DNA of 64,000 nt from Epithemia pelagica (taxonomy: Eukaryota; Protista; Bacillariophyta). Location of the stretch: contig OX337237.1 in the NCBI GenBank assembly GCA_946965045.2, forward strand, positions 186,001-250,000, read 5' to 3'. Position numbers and translations under genes: made by a program. Under the pieces are notes generated by a model, which made no database searches, was not told the origin of the DNA, and saw only the letters and a program-made list of their open reading frames with translations. Each line of letters begins with the position of its first letter. Positions within the stretch are counted from its first letter, which is position 1. Shown here one piece after another: positions 57,481 to 64,000 of this stretch.

Positions 57481-57615
57481 TGGAGAAGGACCGGAACACT
57501 TTTGACAAAAAGAGACGAAACGTGATCAATCGTTGTTGTCAATCATTTTACGGTGTATGAAATTTTGCTGGTTCTAGGGAGCTTTTTGTGCTTCATAGTC
57601 CGAGCGATATAGGTA
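57481..57615. repeat. Dispersed repeat R1, copy 5 (interrupted by a MITE)
   Basis: tggagaaggacc...ttctagggagctttttgtgcttcatagtccgagcgatataggta. Confidence 0.75.
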
Positions 57616-57918
57616 AGGGCTGGGTGCACCGATTTCGTGTCTTCTTGGTTAGCATGCTCATTTTTGGGAGGTAATTGAGACAAACTGAACCTCAGGTCCA
57701 TAAGGCATCTACAAAGAGTATCCTAAGTTTGTCTCAATTAGTTCTGTATATTCAGGAAGTTATTGTGATCGGGAGGTTCATACCATGATCGAATTGTCTT
57801 CCATCTTGTAGGGCATGAAATTTTTGATGTGCGAGTAAAATGTGATGACATCCCCTCCCCCACAAAACACGTACGCGCGGTCAGACCTAGAAGACACCAA
57901 ATCGGTGCACCCAGCCCT
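57616..57918. mobile_element. 303-bp MITE with 30-bp TIRs and a TA TSD
   Basis: TIR AGGGCTGGGTGCACCGATTT(C/G)GTGTCTTCT with 1 mismatch. Removing it restores aggtagctatg, as in the R1 copy at 50.3 kb. Internal 15-bp IR at 57672-57686 / 57726-57740. Confidence 0.88.
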
Positions 57919-59106
57919 TAGCTATGCGTTCGGAAGCCCATTTTTTCGCGACCCAAAGAAAAGATACGACCATGAGAGGGCGGCATCCGTGACGACAAAT
58001 GGAAAGAAGAATGGGCGCAAACCTTCATATAATAACGCAACTGACCATGTGTGCAGCTCCGGACTATCTGTTTGCGAAGGGATCCACTGTTCTTTGTGCG
58101 TTCTACCAGAGTCTCCAAACATCCATTTAGAAAAGTCGCGTTGCGCCCGACATTAAAGATCCATGGGAACAAAAGCCCATGGTACATCGATTATACTGAA
58201 TGATATGACCCACGATACACCACGACGACTTGCTCGCGAACGACGACAGAGGGAGAGATTGGTCGAATGTTTCCAAAAACTCGACGACTCGCGAAACAGA
58301 GCACCAACCCATCTCATCTCCTTGTGCTGGGACGATGCAAATACATCGATCGAAACGATGCGACTGCTTCTCGTCGTGTCCTCATGACGATGTGAACTAT
58401 TGCTCGTTGCGAAGCCATGCTCTGGTGGAACGTGCGTCACTGGTTTACTGTGCCTCCATGCTCGTCTTTCTCCTTTGAGTCATTGTCATCGTCCAAACGA
58501 ATCTGCAAGCAATAACATGTTGTGCATAGAATCCATTGGTTTGCTTTGTGGAGGAGCGATGACCGTCCGAGCAGAGTTGTTGCCACAAAAGGCGGTAAAT
58601 TGGTCGACTCGCGACACAAGCGGAGAATACTTTGAGGTGCACTCACCATTGAAGTTGGTGACACATAGAAGCAGCGGTGAATTGGTCGACACACCACAGG
58701 CAAAGCTCGACACACTTGATTGGCACCTCCAATGTGGCACAGGTGAATTGGTCGACACGTGAAAAGGGTAGCGCAACGTCCAATACCTATATGGAAACCA
58801 ACGGGGACAAACGGAGCTCACCATATCAACTTGTCGTGCGCATTGCTGCTCGCAAGAACAATCAATGAGCAAGGATATCATACTTTTAACGATTGAATCG
58901 AAACAAACAAAGCTCAGAGTGGCACAGCGCAGTGAGAAATATGGTTTGATACTACGACTCTGGGGGGTTCAAGATAACTGTGATTCTGATGGTATAGAAG
59001 AGAAAGGTTTTCAAAGCGAAGCGTCTCGTCTTGCTGCATAGTCTATCACACATAGACGCAGAAGATCGAGAACTGATTATGGCTAACAAGGATCCTCGCG
59101 ATACTT

Positions 59107-61127
59107 TCAACGTGTCCAGTGGTTCCAGAGAATCCATGAGCTGTACAACATGGTACTCCGAAGCAAAGCTGTTTCCAGTCGGCTCATACGATCCTGCAAG
59201 GTCATGTTCGGCATGTTCATGGAAGGGGTTGTTGCATTCATAGAGACGCTAGAAGGCTTCATCATCGTTATCTCCTCATGAACTTGCTCTTGTGTTGCCA
59301 CACTCAAAACAGTGCATGAAGAAACAACAGAGTTTGGGGGCTCAGTAGCAATGGCTTGGCTTGTCGTGGGACGTAAGGTATCATGCACTGTCATGTTTGG
59401 AACGTCTGGGCTTTTTACCTCTTCACTTATGGTCTCGTCCGAGGCATCAGAAGGGTTCGTTTGTTCAGTTGCTCGTATACACGTTTTCTCAGTGTATAGA
59501 GCCTCTTCCTTTGGAGGACGTTTGCTGTCTGCCAATTGTAACTTCTGATCTAACGAAGCAATCCGAGACAATAGAGAATTTTCGTTTCGCTGTTTTGCTC
59601 CTGATTGTCATGTTCTTGCTTCGAAACCTGGTGTTCAAGACTCTGCATCCGTTTCTCCATATTCGCCAGGCTTCCGATCGCAGCAGTCGCAGCTTCAAGT
59701 CGGCTTACGCGCTCAAGTAAACACACTTTTTCTTTCGGCAAGGGGCCAGGAGTAACTAGCACTGCTTGGACTTCTGGATCTTTCTTCTGGCGTTTACAAG
59801 GCTCCCTATCCAAATCCTCTGGGTCCATCTGAGGCGGGCGTTTCTCCCCGGACTGAACAGCGCTGGGTCTGAGATAATCGCTACTCTCCTGTTCACGAAA
59901 AAAATGATGAATAACATATTCCTACAACACTTTCAGGGAACCAGCTTCTGTTGAACACTTACCTCAGCTTGTTTCATAGGCTGAGGGTTCATGACGTGAC
60001 CATAGCACAATATCTCCGTCAAACGAGGGCTTTTACTACCAGCCACAGCAAGCAACCTCCCACCACCCGGTTGTGCCACCAAAAATTGGCCATATCTTGC
60101 GTACGTCATATTGGGCAGCATTGTCACTCTTTGGCGCTCCAGATCGAGGACTTCCACGATTTTAATAATATTTGGGCCCGTTTCTTTGAAGCCTCCAGCT
60201 ACGACGATTTTGGAACCAACCAAAACCGAAGATGGGTAAAAATGGGTATGCGACAAGCATAAATTGTCCTCATGTTTCCAAGACAACACTTTTAATTGGG
60301 AGACACCGTTGGAGGATCCGACCTGTGTCTCAGATTTGTGATCGCCAAACCCACTCTCATTCATTTTGAATTCAATACATTCAACTGATTTTTCTCCTTT
60401 ACCATCTTCAAGACGCTTTCCACCAATGATGTAGACCTTGCTCCCAACAGCCACGGCACTGGGATAAATACGAGGCACATGTTCTTCAGGAACAGGAATT
60501 GGAATCAGTACTGGCGAGAACGGATCTCTTGTATCCAATACCTCAATTGGTAAGGGTGCACATCTGTTCTCCCCTGTGTTTTCACCTATCACAACAATAT
60601 ATCTCTCTTTTAACACGACAGCCGCAAGTACTCCCTCTCTTCGTGCTGACAATTGGCATGATAGAGTGACCCATGGTTGTGTTGTTTCTCCTTCTTTTGG
60701 CTGTTTTACAAGATCATGGATATTGATTCGCTCAATCCCGCCGTTGCTCGTAATCACGTATACTGCACCATTGCAAGCGACCGCAGCAAAGTCGTAGCTT
60801 GGCTTCAGCATCGGCTGACCATCTCTCCATTGTGGAACATGGTGGGTCCGTTGAAAGATCCATCAGCACAACTGAATCTGTGGCCTCATGTGTTTTATTC
60901 GCATACGATTCATACCGAAGCCCCCCGAGGATAATCACGGTAACACATTGCGGCAAACTGTTTTGGTTGCAATCGGCATAGTCGCTCGTCGGTACGACGA
61001 CCATTGCATGTTTCATACGCCCTCCTCCTAAAATGAGAGGCCAGGAAGGTTTGGACTCCCATTCATACTGAGGATAAGATGTGCTTATCTCGTTCGTGTC
61101 AATGCATGGTGAAGAAGAAGTGTCCAT
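59107..61127 (-). pseudogene. Kelch B2 with two frameshifts (~60830, ~59575); intron 59889-59962
   Basis: Four ORF pieces assemble into one Kelch-coil-anchor gene ending LRSTMLYSSWILWNHWTR. Confidence 0.75.
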
Positions 61128-61606
61128 GACGAGGATAATGAAAGCAGAGTAAATGGCTGTGGATCAAGATGCTCTTCCTCTTCAGGTTTTCAGGAAGCGA
61201 GTACTGGAGACGGGAATGAAATTTTGATTGAGCGAGAGTCTTGCGGGCCCATCAAAGCCCAAAGTATTGGGGTGGAAGTGCACAGGACTATGTTTTGAGG
61301 AACTTTTGGTTTCGGTTGAACGTCAAAGAACACGATCGCGGACGTGGTAGCCACTCAGATTTTTGTGTGAGCCATCCTTTGCAGACCCGCGAGAGTGAAA
61401 TCGTCGATCGCGCCGGCGGTTGTCCTGCTCTGTGCTCTGTGCCTGCGCGTTCTGCATCCCGACAGGCGCCATCGATCCCTTTTCTATACCGCGTAGATTT
61501 TCTTGCACCATGACCATGACCCGATGGAATCATTGCGGTCCGAATTCCGAATACGGACATTGATAGATCAGACGAATATAGCAACGACGACAGCTCCGCA
61601 ATAAGT

Positions 61607-62842
61607 ATGAGTTCGATACCATCGGAAAGAGATGCTGCACCAGCTTCATTCGTCGATCATCATTCTTCTTTCAACCAAGGTGAAGAAAAATGGGAAACCT
61701 CGGGAGCGTGGCCTCCTCTGTTGGGTGGATGGCGTCAAGGCCACGCCACGGTGACCATTACGGATGAGGAGGCCCACAGTGCCGTGGTGGTCCTGGGTGG
61801 AATCACTATTCAGGCTTGTGGCACGAAAAAGAAGGTCCAAAAACCTCTTTCCTCGGTTGTGATGTTGGATCTTTGGAGGAATGGCACCGAACCATCTACA
61901 TCATGGAGAGAGGGTCCGCCTCTCACTCAGGAGCGATCGAACTTGAATGCTGTTGTATGCAATGGTCGAGTCTATGTCCTCGGTGGAAACAGCAATTCGG
62001 ATGGCTGTCTCGATACAATCGAACGAATGGACATTGCCGATCTTGTCCGGAAACAAGACCAGTTCGAATTGAACTCCTCCAAGCAAGGCGCTTCTCCTAC
62101 AAGTACTGATACACCATTCTGGAGAACCTTACCGTGTAATTTATCGGTTCCGCGAGCCGGATGTGCGGCGGCGACCGTCCGAGATCGATACATTGTAATT
62201 TTCGGAGGACGGGGTAGGAACCGTATCTGGGTTTCCGCGGTGGACATTTTGGATGCTCGAGACGCCAACAATCACTGGATTGTATCGTTACATGCTCCTC
62301 CACACCATGTGCCGCGATTCCTGGCCAGTGCGGTGGCGGTAGGAAGCAAGGTGTACCTGATTGGTGGACAAACGCAAGAGAACCAAGAACTAAACTCGGT
62401 AGAATGCATCGAATGGAATATGGAAGGAAGCACGGATACGGACCATCCGAAAGAAGGATCCGAACTGCCGCATTTTCGGATCAATCCTCAAGTTGTATCT
62501 TGGAAGCAACAACCCAAATTAAGGCTCTCGACGGCGTGTTTTCGTCATGCGGCGGTACTGTTGGTGAATGGTTCCCAACACCGCATTGTTGTGGCTGGTG
62601 GGAGAGGGAAACTGGGATCGCGTCCTGTCTCCATGACAACCGTACAAGGTTTGGATCTGAATCATGGCACCGTGTCTACGAACCTCCCCGATCTGCAGGG
62701 CCGACGATCGGGCGGATTTCTCGTGGCCCTCCCGGATCATAGTCGGTTGGTGGCTGTGAGTGGCAGGGAAGAGGATGATTCCTTGGAAACCCTGACGTTG
62801 GACAAGTTTTGGAATCGCCCGAGCCCTGGAAGTTCCAGCTAG
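61607..62842 (+). CDS. Kelch C: intronless, propeller-only protein, head-to-head with B2
   Basis: VVVLGG, WREGPPL..ERSNLNAVVCNGRVYVLGG, RDRYIVIFGG, AVGSKVYLIGG, RIVVAGG. Confidence 0.88.
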   Translation: MSSIPSERDAAPASFVDHHSSFNQGEEKWETSGAWPPLLGGWRQGHATVTITDEEAHSAVVVLGGITIQACGTKKKVQKPLSSVVMLDLWRNGTEPSTSWREGPPLTQERSNLNAVVCNGRVYVLGGNSNSDGCLDTIERMDIADLVRKQDQFELNSSKQGASPTSTDTPFWRTLPCNLSVPRAGCAAATVRDRYIVIFGGRGRNRIWVSAVDILDARDANNHWIVSLHAPPHHVPRFLASAVAVGSKVYLIGGQTQENQELNSVECIEWNMEGSTDTDHPKEGSELPHFRINPQVVSWKQQPKLRLSTACFRHAAVLLVNGSQHRIVVAGGRGKLGSRPVSMTTVQGLDLNHGTVSTNLPDLQGRRSGGFLVALPDHSRLVAVSGREEDDSLETLTLDKFWNRPSPGSSS

Positions 62843-63243
62843 AGTCGTATTGGATGTCAAAGAATGCCTATCAACAATGCGAAAAGTCTTCCAGGATTTT
62901 GGTCCTCTGCTGCGAGAGCTCCCCCACGAAACGTCGTCTTCAAGAAGAACACCCAGAAGACGTTGCCGACTAGACTGCCAAAATACTTACGGCATTTGAA
63001 ACCGTCCTTCTGGTGAGGCGTGCTGCGGTTTATCCTTCCTCATGACGTGGAGAAGCGGACAAGAAGATATTTTGCTCTATAATGCGACATTTGTCAAGAA
63101 TTCTGTGCCACGAGTTTTTGGTTGTTGTCTCAAACCGTGAAGTTTCTTGGATCAGGCGTTTGCTCCATGGTATCCCCGATTTCCTTGATGTGCCCCTAAT
63201 AACGATAGTCTTTTTATTTTGAATATTTATCATCTTGCGCCAT

Positions 63244-64000
63244 CTAAATTGGCTCGTCGTCGAGGCTTTCCTCCACAAAGACAATTTCGGCTTGATCATC
63301 ACCAGCGTGAGGAGAGGTGAGATCATTTGTTTGGTTGATCAGAAAATTCTGTCCGTTGTCTTCGGCCTCACCAGAGGTGACGACCGGCAAGGGCAAGGAA
63401 TTCAGTTCTTGCATTCCTGCTATATGATAGCGTCTATTCTCGTCCCACGACAATGATCCTTCGGCTAGATCAATAGTTTCTTTAGATCGGCTGGTTGTTG
63501 GTGGTTGTATGGATTCCTCTTGATATACAGCCTCTGCTTCACTGTTTTCGATCTCATTCTTGTGAAATGAATCGTTGGACTGTTGAACATCGTTTCTCTC
63601 AGCATTGACAGCCATCATGGGAATAACAGCCAGAGCATCAGACAAAGGCGCGGATTCCACATGCTTCATAGCCTGTGGCTCACGGGGGTCATGCTCCTCG
63701 TTTGAAACTGAAGCGCTGGCTTCAAAGCTGACAGCGTAGGAATCGGTGGACCGAGGAGCCTCGTTGCTCTCATTGACACACACCGCACCATCGGGATCCA
63801 CGCCTTCCGATGTACCGAGCATTTGCTGTATGGCCTGCGTCTCACAGTGTCCATTCTCATCGTCCGATGACAAGGTGTTGGCTGTACAGGCAGCCCTCTG
63901 AGTAGAACCTTCAAAATCGCAGGACTCTTTGACATCGCTTCTCTCATCTTTGAGAGTATCCTTGAGATCCACAGTTTCCGATGCAACGGATAAAGACAGG
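63244..64000 (-). CDS. Acidic hypothetical protein, 5'-partial
   Basis: The frame stays open to the window edge. E/S/D-rich, no recognisable domain. Confidence 0.5.
   Translation of the reverse strand, partial: LSLSVASETVDLKDTLKDERSDVKESCDFEGSTQRAACTANTLSSDDENGHCETQAIQQMLGTSEGVDPDGAVCVNESNEAPRSTDSYAVSFEASASVSNEEHDPREPQAMKHVESAPLSDALAVIPMMAVNAERNDVQQSNDSFHKNEIENSEAEAVYQEESIQPPTTSRSKETIDLAEGSLSWDENRRYHIAGMQELNSLPLPVVTSGEAEDNGQNFLINQTNDLTSPHAGDDQAEIVFVEESLDDEPI

Noticed and set aside
1-64000. tRNA, rRNA or prokaryotic defence operon
   Set aside because: No such signatures seen; spliceosomal introns and eukaryotic TEs occur throughout.

Overview
Eukaryotic nuclear DNA. GT-AG introns, diatom-type (CoDi-like) copia elements, a diatom-style HMG-box protein and an Atg22-like MFS transporter suggest a diatom, but this is inferred. 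Two things dominate. (1) A 13.9-kb hAT DNA transposon (17540-31416) with perfect 16-bp TIRs and a perfect 8-bp TSD. It carries an apparently intact endonuclease III-like HhH-GPD DNA glycosylase gene tail-to-tail with its transposase. Nested inside it are a P-like MITE and a Ty1/copia element inserted right after the first catalytic Asp codon, with an odd LTR+flank duplication. (2) A birth-and-death cluster of about 11 Kelch-propeller genes and fragments. Most join Kelch, across a phase-0 intron, to an NLS-like linker, a variable-length coiled coil and a conserved W-rich C-terminal membrane-anchor-like motif. The A and D genes share a repeated promoter motif, and the A genes have a cryptic downstream companion ORF. 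Also present: a second, truncated copia, a TA-TSD MITE with an empty paralogous site, an MFS transporter, an HMG-box gene across a 200-N gap, a K/R/S/D-rich nuclear protein and hypothetical ORFs. No rRNA, tRNA or CRISPR was seen. All calls come from reading the sequence and ORF track; no database searches were run.
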